Positions 38,001 through 51,929 of a DNA stretch of 64,000 nt are shown here, one piece after another (positions within the stretch are counted from its first letter, which is position 1; the number at the start of each line of letters is the position of its first letter). This stretch comes from Antedon mediterranea. Taxonomy: Eukaryota > Animalia > Echinodermata. A program made the position numbers and the translations under genes. The stretch covers positions 8,494,001 to 8,558,000 of the forward strand of contig NC_092672.1 in assembly GCF_964355755.1 (NCBI RefSeq), written 5' to 3'. A model generated the notes under the pieces. It saw only the letters and a list, made by a program, of their open reading frames with translations, was not told where the DNA came from and did no database searches.

Positions 38001-41000
38001 CCAAAACTGGTCCGGCCGGATTGATTTTGGCCCCGGACCATATTTATCGTGACATGCCAATATATGGACCTGCGATGACATCATACACTACTATTTGGGC
38101 ACATCAAACTCTTTTATCAATTTAGTTTGATTTATACTATCAGTGTAGACAGAGCTTTATAGCCTCATCCGCAAACCCACCATTCCTGTCATTATATACT
38201 CTACACAATCAAATTCAATATAAAGTTATCTTACGGTTTAATATCGTATTCAGCAAGAACACTTGAATGATTACTTTCAATACTGCCCTCAACTGTCTTT
38301 TGTTTCCGCTTGTCAACATCGTTTAGGGAGCTAAAACAGCAAAATATAACAACAATATAAAAAATGTAATAACAAACCTTGGTTTTAATGGAATGCAATT
38401 ATTTCAGTATTTAATATCATGATCATGAAAAACCTGTCAATTAAAATAGATGAAATAAAATGAAACATACCTTTTTGGAGCAATGACTTCAGGTAATTCA
38501 TCCTCTGATTTGTTTAATGAATCCTATAAGAAAAGTGTAGCAAAACTATTACAGAAAATTGAGAGGTATATAGTGTTTCTTTAAGAATGACATGAGTAGA
38601 CTAATTAAATAATAAATATCCTATCAAATACTCTTCATAATTAGTACTAATAATAATAATATATATATAATAATCATAATAACTACTACTACTACTACGT
38701 GTACTTACTTCAGAAACAATACTTACCACAGGCCTTTGGCTCTCGTCAGCAATCATAGATTTAATTCCCTGTAACTGAATAAAACAAAAAAAATATTAAT
38801 TTACTAAAGCCGACTAAAGTGAAAATGTGTGGATTCACGTCATCCATAATTTCACTGTAATTTTTTAAACATACACCTTGAATAAAATGGACTGATCTGA
38901 TAGTAAGATGTCTGTCGGTGCGTATAAAAATGTATTTTTGTTTTCTTAAATTGGCTATTTTCAAAATAGCTTAAGTACATCCTATAGGATATATTATATT
39001 CATTGTTAAAGAGGGAGGTAGATCAAGAGTCGCATACGAGTCACTGTTCACATGGTGGCTCATGAACAGATCATCATAATCGAGTCAATGTTCACATGGC
39101 TGGCTCATGAGCAGATCATCATAATCGAGTCAATGTTCACATGGCTGGCTCATGAGCAGATCATCATAATCGAGTCAATGTTCACATGGCTGGCTCATGA
39201 GCAGATCATCATAATCGAGTCAATGTTCACATGGCTGGCTCATGAGCAGAACATCATGATCAACCTCAAGAACCTACTATGATACTTACCTCATAAGCTT
39301 CATGTAAGTAGTGTTTAAGCTCATCTATTGTCTGTTTACAATCTCTCAGTTCAGAATCCTTGTCAGCACACAATACATTCAAACTCTCTGCTTGTTTCTC
39401 CAAGATGGTAATGGTACTCATGGCAACACCATACTTTTTTGGCCAGTCCATCTTTATTAAAATATTTGAAAATATGAACATAAAAATAATATGGCATACC
39501 TTTTATACTCAATGGTATTGTTTAATAATGATGACCTATACAGAACATTAATGGTATCAACATTTAAATTTGGGTCACCTCTAATCAAGGGACACCTTAA
39601 GGTGACACTTCCTTGTGAAACAAGGGGCTTAAAGGTTACACGACATTAGGCGTTTTATAAATAACACTATGGGTAAACCATATATTCAGTGGACATCATT
39701 ATTCAGGATACCATTATTAATGGGATACTTTGTTGGCTCCTGGAGGTGTACCTCTAATGTTATGAAATACTTACTAATCGTGTATCAAGCTGTTTCACAG
39801 TAGCCTCCAAGTCTTCAATGCGACTGAAATATAAAATATGGTGAAATACATAAAATTTGAATTATTTGTTATTGTATTTGTTATTATATGAATGAAGTTT
39901 GTTTTACGGTCTTTAACACATCTTGTGATTGGTTGTTTGTCTGTAAACTATTGTATTGTCTTGATGCAGATAGCACAGAAAGTGATAGTCCTTGATTACC
40001 AAGTCATCTAAACATTCCCTTAATACTAATAACATTTGGCACAACTATTAAACATTCATAAAGTATTTATTTTAAAGGATTTTCTTTAGATATAAGCAGG
40101 GAGTTGTAATAACAACTCCCTGATATAAGAATGTGTCTTACTTGCTAGATAGCTTCAATGCTGCCTCCAATTGGTAACATTTTTGCTGATATCTTTCGTT
40201 AGACTCCTGCATGGCACTCAGTGGTGGTTGACCACCATTTTGGGATAAACTGTTGTGAAGCTGTTGTTTTAATTCAAAAATTTCATTTTCATAGAAATAT
40301 TTCAGATCAGCAATGTGTCTAGAGTGTTTCTCCTTCAAATCCAGTCTGTAAAATTAGAATTTTTACATCTTAATATTCGTCATGAAAGGTTTTTAAAACT
40401 TTAAAAATGAAATACTCCTTTAGGACACTCTTATTAAGAAGAGGCAGTATGTTTCAACATTACATCCAACCACTATTTAGAAAGCACCACTATTCAGGGG
40501 ACATTTTGTTGCATCTCAAGGTATCTCCTTAATAGGATTTGACTGTATTTCAAAAGGTAATAATAAAATGAAGTTAGGTAAGGTAGTGGATGTTTTGCTA
40601 AATATACAAAAGGCAAACCTAGTCAGTACATTGCTGCATTTATATTCTGACTAACCTTTCAGAAACTTGGCTATCTGGAGAAAACATCGATGGCATTGAT
40701 TGGTCTCTGGCAGTGTCGTCCAGAAAAGCTGTGTAATCCTGAAGAAAAATTATTATCAGAGAGGTTCTTTTGCAAAGGAAAATATGTTATAAACAAAAAA
40801 GTCTGTCCTTGAACTAAGAACTCTATGATGTTAATAAACATATTTATCCCAGAGTTCTGCTTTACTTACAGTACAGTTGGTTTGATAATTACTGTACCAA
40901 AAGGAAATTTGCTGTCTGCTACAGGGTTATAGTCTCAACACCAAACTTAAATATCACAACTGCTGTTATGTAGACTAACCTGTCTTGTGTGAGTTTTAGG

Positions 41001-42300
41001 TAGAGGGCGGTATGTATCATCGTATCTCCAGTAAGAAAAATTGGAGTATACCGTGCTGTTGTCATCATCTTCTTTAACTGAAAGAAAAAGAAAATGTGTT
41101 GTTTTGAGTAATAACTGAAAGTTATTGATGTGCATTTGAGGATGAAGAAAAAAAAACATTACAATTCATACCTGAAGATTGTTGCCTTTTCATCAACTGC
41201 TCATTCCCCTCTGTTGGACTTGTTTTAGTTATTCTTTGCATTTGGTCCGATATAGCATTATTTAATAATTTCTGCTGATGAGTCTGTTGCTCATGTAGAG
41301 ATATCCACTGCTTCTGAAGATCTTCTAAGTACTGATCATACTCCCTCTGAAGCTTTTGTTGCTGTTCTAAGAAGTTCTGCTGGACAGCAGCCAATGATTC
41401 TGTAGTTTCAGACATTTGATCAGATACTTTTGAAGATTCAGGTTTTGCTCTTTCGGATGAAGGCTCCAACTCTTCTTGAGGTTGCCTATCAGATCTTTCC
41501 TGTTTGTCATGAGATCTCGCAGGTTTGTCTGATGGTAGGATTAACTTGTTTATTTGCATAGAAAGAAATTGAAGTTGATTTTCTTGTTGCTTTTTCTGTA
41601 AATCGATTTGCTGTTGGTGCTGGTCTTGTAGTACATGGACAAGAAATTCAAATTGTTCATTATCTAGAGACCCATCAACATTCATATCATTGTCAAATTG
41701 TCTGGTTTCTGGTGAAGTAAATGGAGAGACAGAATCAAACTCTGATTTATCTTTATATTTGTCATCACCCTGATCTTTGTCACTTTCACTAGCAGCTTTG
41801 AAAAATGTTTCAGATTTTTTCAGAGAGGAATGCTCATGTTCATCGAATGACTTTGAGGACTCCATGGCGTCGTCATCAGGTTTGTCAAATGACTTTTCAG
41901 ACTCTTCGGCATCAATTGTCTCATCCGAAGACTCGCAAGCTTCATAATCAGAATCAGCGACTTGTCTGACAATGCCATCTTCCAAATCAGTTGATTCATT
42001 GAAAGATTGCTGATCTCGTAAACTTCTAATACCAGCCGGCATCACGTTGGAAGTTCCAGAGGGAGGAGTATACTGTAAGTCAGATTTTCTTTCATGTGGG
42101 AGAGGATGGTACCGTTTGAGAGATGATGATAGAGGTCCACTGTCCCAGGAACTTGTGTCACTACTGCCATCGGTTTGTTCGGCTATATCATCTTCTTTTA
42201 CATCCTCTTTGACGGCAGAATAATTTGGGGCAATTTCAACTGGTTCCGTCTCCCTCTTCCCAACCACATTTTCTGTATCATCTGGATTTCTTGTAGCCAT
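32048..42300 (-). CDS. MPHOSPH9: M-phase phosphoprotein 9-like centriolar coiled-coil protein (~1155 aa)
   Basis: Exons (minus): 42300-41172, 41077-40980, 40738-40656, 40345-40142, 39823-39775, 39451-39290, 38768-38727, 38523-38471, 38330-38235, 36654-36457, 36128-35134, 34817-34705, 34240-34151, 33716-33651, 32137-32048; all phase-compatible, 3468 nt. Recognised motifs LKEKHSRHIADLKYFYENEI and C-terminal IESALSRLP...ELGSIRMLLRKYNIL resemble vertebrate MPHOSPH9 (recalled, not searched). Probable 5' UTR exon upstream with donor near 42959. Confidence 0.85.
33825..34130 (+). mobile_element. Degenerate tRNA-derived SINE fragments (two tandem heads)
   Basis: TGGCGTAATGGTAAAGGACATCAGA / TGCTGTAATGGTAAGGAACATCAGA A-box-like heads. 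Similar remnants at ~31335-31400 and reverse at ~36760-36930. Confidence 0.4.
37153..38054. mobile_element. Ginger-like non-autonomous DNA transposon nested in a Tourist-like MITE (MPHOSPH9 intron)
   Basis: TGT...ACA ends, 4-bp TSD TGCC, imperfect TIRs with repeated GGTCCGG/CCGGACC/CCAAAA submotifs; splits the host MITE exactly at GATGTGCC|. Confidence 0.75.
39037..39260. repeat. 45-bp minisatellite, ~5 copies, MPHOSPH9 intron
   Basis: (CGAGTCAATGTTCACATGGCTGGCTCATGAGCAGATCATCATAAT)n, ~30 bp from the exon donor at 39290. Confidence 0.92.
40097..40122. mobile_element. P-element-type excision footprint (26 bp)
   Basis: ATATAAG|CAGGGAGTTGT-AATA-ACAACTCCCTG|ATATAAG, perfect 7-bp TSD. Confidence 0.7.
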
Positions 42301-44498
42301 TCCAATACAATATATTAACTGTTATTCTTAACAATGTACACAGGGAATGATATACAGCTGAAAAAGAAATTAAATAAAGTTATTGAAAGAATTTTTATTT
42401 TCTTTCACAAGATAAAAGACCTTATAAAAAGATCTAAAACTTTAAAAACTAAAGGGAAGGGTATATGGTATTTACAGAATCGTATAGGCCCTAACTAATA
42501 GTATACTAGGCCTAGCCTACAACTTATTTTTTTGTAAATTTAAAAAAAAAACAATCAATAAATAATCTACACTACTTAGAATAGTAATATTATTAAAATA
42601 TTAACTAGGGCCTAGGCTAGGCCTATGCCTTTATAATAATATTATAAATATAAGCTCATCTAGGCCTATATAGGCCTACACAGACTCTAAATTAATAAAT
42701 TAAATACATTTAAAACGCCTAGGCCTATGCTATATATTCCGTCCTTACCTAGCGCATAGAATACCCTTTCAAGTTCCTAACTGTACCGGATTATTACTAG
42801 CCTAGGCCTATGAAGACGCAATATACTGCACAACCCCTGCTCTACAGCACCAGTCCAGTGTCAGTGAGCAGTCCAGTTTGACACGCTCCGCTGACAAACT
42901 CAACGAACTAGCTAGGCTAGCCTAGGCCTAGCAGCAATCATCATTCGACTGTTGCCTACCTTGATTGATTGTTTGGACAATAGGATGAGATCGATAATAT
43001 CATTGTGGTTTCTTTTTAAAATAAATTGATCATTGTTATTTCGTTTCTTTACGATCTTAATTTATTGACTTTTTTGAACACCGCCGCTTCTCTCAGCTCT
43101 CTATACTATTTTACAAGTATGCATGAGTAATTTTCGGACTACCAAAAGTGGATATCAGAGATGTTCGATTTTTCCGAAACATTTTTTTCAAGAACCTAAG
43201 GGGTAAACATTTTTTCCAGTTTTTAAAGATGTATTTAAGTTTTTTTTTCGATCCATTTTGTACTATGTGACATTAAAATGACCTTGAGATAAATCTCTAT
43301 GAAAAGACATATTATTCTTTAAAAAATGAATAAAAATCAAGAAGTGTGATAAAAGTTCAAAATGAGTATTAGGCCTACGAACGAGGGATCACCGCATGAT
43401 GGATGATGCATGTCGTAAACGATGTGTAAACAATCTTAAAAGCTGACCTTTTACAAATCGAATGTGTTTATTGCTGTCAGTACTAGGCTTACGTAACGTA
43501 GAGTGTAATGGTAAGGAATGAATGTTTATTGCGCGAGGCCACGTCGCAAAAACGTGTCACTTTTATTTGTTGAAAATCGCGCCAATAATGTTAGATGGAA
43601 GAACATTTTCTACAATAATAAAATGAAGAAAAACTTTGAAAAACTGTGAATGTTTAAACCTTGTTTTTACGCCCAGCGAGGACATAAATAGTCTCCACCG
43701 ACATGTTGCAAATTCTATAGGGTGAACCGACTATTATTAGGCCTAATGTTGTTATGTCCTACTATTTTTAAACGTACACTTATACCACCAATACTGTTAA
43801 ATATAAAAAAATAGTTAGGTAAGAGTAACTTCTCAGAATAGATCAGAATAACTTTCTTAATAGGTCAGTGTAAAATGCAATTTTCGAAATATTGTCTGAT
43901 GAAGAACTTCGTATTTATTTAGGGATATAATAATATCTCTAGAAACCAGGATGATGTTTATTGAACAACGTCCCTTCTTAATGAGTATATTATGCGACAA
44001 TCTATTTATAATTTTATGCAACTTATGTTGAATAGCTGTAATATTCTTGTTGCATCTGTTTGCAAATAATTACGCTCCATTAGTACTCCATGCCATAACT
44101 AAAAACATGTATTGTAGATGGAGAAGTCATTCTATATATTTATTCTAAATGATGCGATGATATGGATGAAATATTTCCGAAATAAAAGAAATTGAAATTG
44201 AGTAGTATTAGTTTGTAATTTGCCAATACAATAAGCATGCTTATAGTCCCCTAAGTTGTTTGAATAAAAGAAGTCTAAAAAAACAGCTGCGGCGACAATC
44301 CGAACATTTCCGAGGTCCAATTTGGTATGCTGTACAATACATACTCACACGCACAGTGACGACGACGACACAGTGCACACTCTGTGTGTGCCGTGGCCCG
44401 TCGTGTGACGTGTTTGTGTGGTGGATGCAGTAGGCCAAGGCCTAGCCTATACATTAGCATTTATAGTTATATTATTGAACGCCGACTGTGTAGACAGT

Positions 44499-45376
44499 AT
44501 GGCTCTTGTGGCTAATTATGGTACAGATTCTGAATCGGACGATGATGTAAACGAGCCATTTGAAAACAAAGGGTAGGCCCTATATGACCTAATTTAGTTA
44601 CCGTTCTAGGCCTAGCCTAGAGCCTACCTAGAATAGAGGCCTAGCCTAGGCCTAGCTCTCCAGGCGCCGTAATAAAAGAGTAGACTAGTAGTTAGCAGTA
44701 AGTAGGCCTACTACCTAGGCCCTAACTTGCTAGGCTTACTTTACTTATATAGCCAACTCTATATGACAGGCCTACTGTATTCTGAGGCACCTAAGACGTA
44801 TTAAATTTATTATTTTTTATTCTTTGCAGATTAAATAACAAGAATCTATTAACAGCGGGTGATGAATCTGATGATTCGGAACCAGAAATCACTCAAAATA
44901 AAATCGAAACTGAAAATAACCATCATTCAGAAAGACTTCCATTGCCAACTTTCATGAATGAAAATGAAACGCGCATTCTAAACTCTTCAGTTTTCAGTAA
45001 TCCTTTTAAGGACGCAGAACACGAGAAATTTTCAATCTTGGAAAAACACGTCAAAATGACCCACACCAACGTTGAAGATTTAAACAAAAAGAAAATATGT
45101 CACAGTTTTCGAAAAGGACGATGCAGATTTGGAAACAAATGCAAGTTTGAGCATGCAAGTAAGAGTGTACAGCCAATACCAGAGAATCAAAATACTGCTG
45201 TATTAAACAGTGAAATAAACTATGAATACGATTACCAAGATGATGAAGAAAGTGAGAGTGTAGAGAAGCGAAAAAGAAAAGCTGGACTAAGTAGAACATT
45301 GATACCTTCAAAAAAAGCTATGAAAGATTACAAGAAAACACAAGTGGAAGAACGCCCATGGACAATGAGTAGTTGA
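44499..45376 (+). CDS. Small CCCH (C3H1) zinc-finger protein, ~206 aa, acidic N-terminus and basic NLS-like C-terminus
   Basis: Exons 44499-44572 (MALVANYGTDSESDDD...) and 44830-45376, phase 2 junction, 621 nt. CHSFRKGRCRFGNKCKFEH = C-x7-C-x5-C-x3-H; KRKRK basic patch; AATAAA near 45773. Confidence 0.85.
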
Positions 45377-46001
45377 ATAACTTGAATATTAAATTGTCGT
45401 GATGCATACTGGGAAGGAATTGGGAGAAAACTGAACCATGTGTATCATGCACTCGTCAATTGTATCACCCACTATACGACCTTCGGGAGAGGTGGGTCAT
45501 TTGTGCGTCATACCTTATGAATACCTGCATCAAAAAAGTGACTTCTTTTAAGAACAATTATTGTACACTACATGTTTCAATTGACACACCATTGTTTATT
45601 GACCATTTGTTTTTTTTGATGCAGGGGTAGCGCTGTTGCTCCCAATTAATTCCCATCATGCACTGCAAATACTATTGGGATAAACCTTATTGTACTGTGA
45701 TAAAAATGACATGATTTGGAAAATATTGCAAAATTATATAATATTACAGTATTAACTAATGTAATAATAATACAATAAACAGCTTTGTCTACTTTTTGAA
45801 TTTTACTTTGTGTATTGATCTTTTTATCTATAAACAAAATGCTGATTTCAAACAAATATGTTTCATACTAAATATATAAGACTTGAAAAATTTATTCAAA
45901 CAATTGTTTTCATTCATATAATTTTGAAAATTACAAAAACTAACATTTTCCAAATTAACGATTACTTTACGTTGTATCAAACCTAGGCACATACTCTTTT
46001 A

Positions 46002-46177
46002 CGGGTCTTTCACATCTGGCTCGGCATGGTTGCAGTCTGACATTGGAAAATCAAATCACACGACCGCAAACATATCAATTGTCGCATAGCCGTGTGTAGC
46101 ATTGTGAAAATGAAACATTGCCAATCGATATGCCGCTGCTGGACGGGAACCGGGCCGGAACAGGTGTGAAATACCCT
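46002..46177. mobile_element. PIF/Harbinger-like MITE
   Basis: TTA|CGGGTCTTTCACATCTG ... CAGGTGTGAAATACCCT|TTA. Confidence 0.6.
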
Positions 46178-46730
46178 TTACTCAGTAGTTTTCTAATAGG
46201 ATTATTATACCGTAGTAGGGTATAACTACTAACAAAGAATTTAATGATTACACTGTTTTTTAGTGGTTGGTAAATATACACTGTCAAAGTACTGTACTTT
46301 TGCTGTTATCAGTGAACACAATCATATGCCATCATAGCATAATCTATCCTCCGACCATGCCATTACAGGACTCGCATGAGGGATTTACACATCTAAGGGT
46401 TTTAAAACCCATAAAGGACCGGTAATATATCAATATTTTCATAACGTATATCATGAAATAATAAAAGCAGGTACATTTAAATAAACAATACTATATTCTG
46501 TATTCTCAAAGTTGAGAGGTTATTACATCAAGATCCAAATACATAACATGCCGAATTTATTTAAATGGTAGTGAAAAAATACGCAACAAACAACATTCAT
46601 ATGCAACAATATTAACTAGGCTAAAACATAAATAATTTTGATTATAACAGAAATAAACTGACAAAGGTTTTTGATATTTTCAGAAAAATAAATATGTAAA
46701 ATCCTATACGGTAAATAATCAAATATGCGC

Positions 46731-47047
46731 TATTATATAACACCTATATAAATTCCTGTCATTTGATTGGACGAATGTGGGTCACATGGCGTGCAATAGT
46801 ACGCACTATTCAACGATCGTTAAATAGTACTTTTTGAAACATTTTTGTGTACGAAAAAAAAACGTCTAGATGTTATATAAAACAAATAATGAATGTTTTG
46901 TATTCGTGTAATGGTACAAATAATGGCACTTGGTGAATGATGAAAGGTTATATCAACTCGGCTTTGCCTCGTTGATATAACCTTTCATCATTCACCTTGT
47001 GCCATTATTTGTACCATTGCACTCATAAACATTCATTATTTGTATAC
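46731..47047. mobile_element. Palindromic non-autonomous element ending in an ~80-bp-arm hairpin
   Basis: 46883-47043 folds back: ACAAATAATGAATGTTT...GTGAATGATGAAAGGTTATATCAAC-TCGGCTTTGCCTC-GTTGATATAACCTTTCATCATTCAC...AAACATTCATTATTTGT; short inverted TTATATAACA/TGTTATATAA upstream. Layout reminiscent of non-autonomous Crypton-type repeats. Confidence 0.65.
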
Positions 47048-47826
47048 TATACTCAACAGTTGACTTACGTGGCAAGTTGTAGTCCACAAAAACTGATTTC
47101 AACTTTTCTGTGACGACTGGGCACCGAAACAAGTTTGAAAGGTTGACCGAGAATTGACGAAATTACAAAACACGGGTTGTCACAAAACACATGAGCAGCA
47201 TTGATTAATTATTAAGCAAAATCTTAACAATATCAAATACTATCCGCGCCAAAGGTTTTATATGCCGTACTGAATTCTCGCAGAGCATCATATCGCATAT
47301 TTGACCATTTACGGTAAATAATTAATAAGTGTTGACCAAAAAAAGAAAAAAAAAACTAGTGTGCTAAAAGTTTTTAAAAATAAAAGTAGAATATCTAATG
47401 GTCCAGTGTTTAGAAATGTGCAAAAAAAAAATGTGACAAGGACGAGAGGAATCCGGAAACAGAAGAAGTCAATATTGGTAACAGTTTTGAGATATAGTCA
47501 ACCATGCATGTAATTTAAAGTTATCTATCATTTAGTTCTCTCTGCCGACAAACAATAGAATAAAAGTGCACAACTTTGACAAAAGAAAATAAGCCAATTG
47601 GATTCACGGCTTATCATGCTGGAAAAAAAAATGAATTTGACGCATAGTTGACCGTACCGATAGTAATAATAGTAATACACAATATTGTGACTGTAAGTAA
47701 ATCTTAATTTACATGCACAGTCAACTTAAAATTATGTATGATAGCCTCTTCTATTTTTTATGCATGACCGATTCCTCCTGTCTTTACCACCAATACAAAT
47801 GGTTTCCAAGTATTTAATTATTAACA

Positions 47827-49896
<2,070 letters not shown>

Positions 49897-51039
49897 TTTT
49901 GAGAAAGTATAGCGCTCTTTGTAGGTAAATATGTGTAATTCTCCTACTGATACTCCGCCGGGTCGATCCTGGCTAGGCCTCCTTATGCCACGTTCGCTCT
50001 CTCGTTGAGTAGCCAAATAAAAGAGGGCGCTTTACATATGGAACGGCAACAATGACAAAATAAAAATAGTTTTACTTGATTGTACAGTATGTATATTATA
50101 AAAAAAATATAAAGAATACAAAGCCAAATAGTCCTACTGATAAGCATTGTTTATTTCTAATGAATTCTGCTTACTAGTACTAAAATATATATGTAATATA
50201 ACTTCAAATAATGCAGGTAGTAAGCAAATCTAGCCCTATATCTAGCTTACATCAAAATGCATTTGTTCATCATGCTTGTATACTAATGTATGTAGGAATT
50301 TCTTTTCAACATAACAAAGTGTTACACCTTTCTCTACTGTATTATGTTAATTTCAATTTGAGCATTGCATTCAGATGTTTCAGCATATTTTGTTATATAA
50401 AGAACTTTTTTAAAGAAAAAATTAAAAAATATATCCACTTTTCCTTAAAGATGTAGGCCCTATTGTGCCCCTGAAAAAATAATTCTTAAAAAAACTTTTG
50501 TTGAATATTCCATTTTAATATAACATAATAGTTATCCACTTTGACCAAAAATTGGATCGGAAAAAAAATGTATTTACCTGACAAAATGTAATTTAAAGCA
50601 AAAAATGGTCAAATTAGCTGCCAGCCAATGGATTTTTAGTTGAATTTAACCATTTATTTTGTCATGAAAACATTTTTGTTTTCGTTTTTTTTCTATGGAA
50701 GTGATTAACTTTATTAAAACTACAAAATAACATATTCAAAGTCTGATTTTATTAATCTTCATTTTTTTGGGGGACAGTACATCTTTAATGTTATTTGTAT
50801 ACTAATTTGTCAAGCATTTTCATTAAATATTCAGATAACAGCAAAATGTGACTAATTTGTTTCATGCATATCTTTACTTTAAACTGAACTCATTATGTAT
50901 TTTAATTTCTATACAATATGTTTCACTTAATTTTAGTGCCAAATACCAAAATATTTGTGACAAAAATAACGAAGAACATAAAATGCTGACGAAGTAATTT
51001 ATTATTATCATGACATCATCAACACCATACTAATGACAG

Positions 51040-51835
51040 CTGATATGATTATTATGATAATTTAATAGAAATATTTATGCTTGTATTATTAATGGTCAAT
51101 TGTGGTACTGACGGTAGTAACAATGATGGAAACACTATTATACTGATATCAATTTTTGCTATGATGATTAATATGACAATTTAATAGATTGATTGATTAA
51201 TATATGATATTAATGTTAAATCATGGTACCAATGGTAGTAACAATGATGGAAACACTATTATACTGATATCAATTTTATTTTTTATTGATTAATATGATA
51301 ATTTAATAGATTGATTGATTATGATATTAATGGTAAATCGTGGTACCAATGGTAGTAACAATGATGGAAACACTATTATACTGATATCAATTTTATTTTT
51401 TATTGATTAATATGATAATTTAATAGATTGATTGATTATGATATTAATGGTAAATCGTGGTACCAATGGTAGTAACAATGATGGAAACACTATTATACTG
51501 ATATCAATTTCATTTTTTATTGATTATTATGATAATTTAATAGATTGATTAATATATGATATTAATGTTAAATCATGGTACCAATGGTAGTAACAATGAT
51601 GGAAACACTATTATACTGATATCAATTTTATTTTTTATTGATTAATGATAATTTAATAGATTGATTGATTATGATATTAATGTTAAATCGTGGTACCAAT
51701 GGTAGTAACAATGATGGAAACACTATTATACTGATATCAATTTTTGCTATGATGATTAATATGACAATTTAATAGAAATATTGATGATCATGATATTTAT
51801 GGTCAATTATGGTATAGAAAGTTAGTAACAATGAT
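51040..51835. repeat. ~117-bp AT-rich tandem repeat (~6.5 copies) just downstream of the PINK1 stop
   Basis: TGGTACCAATGGTAGTAACAATGATGGAAACACTATTATACTGATATCAATTTT recurs at 51224, 51341, 51458 and onward. Confidence 0.92.
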
Positions 51836-51929
51836 AAGGATGAAAACAGTGACAATAAAAATAATTATGATGTTTATGATGATAAGGATGACAGCATATT
51901 TTTGTACATACTACATAAAGCCAACTTTT

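Noticed and set aside
49897-50016. 40-aa N-terminal extension of TMED2 suggested by the ORF track
   Set aside because: Starts at a non-ATG codon; the ATG at 49896 directly precedes a signal peptide and gives a normal 202-aa protein.
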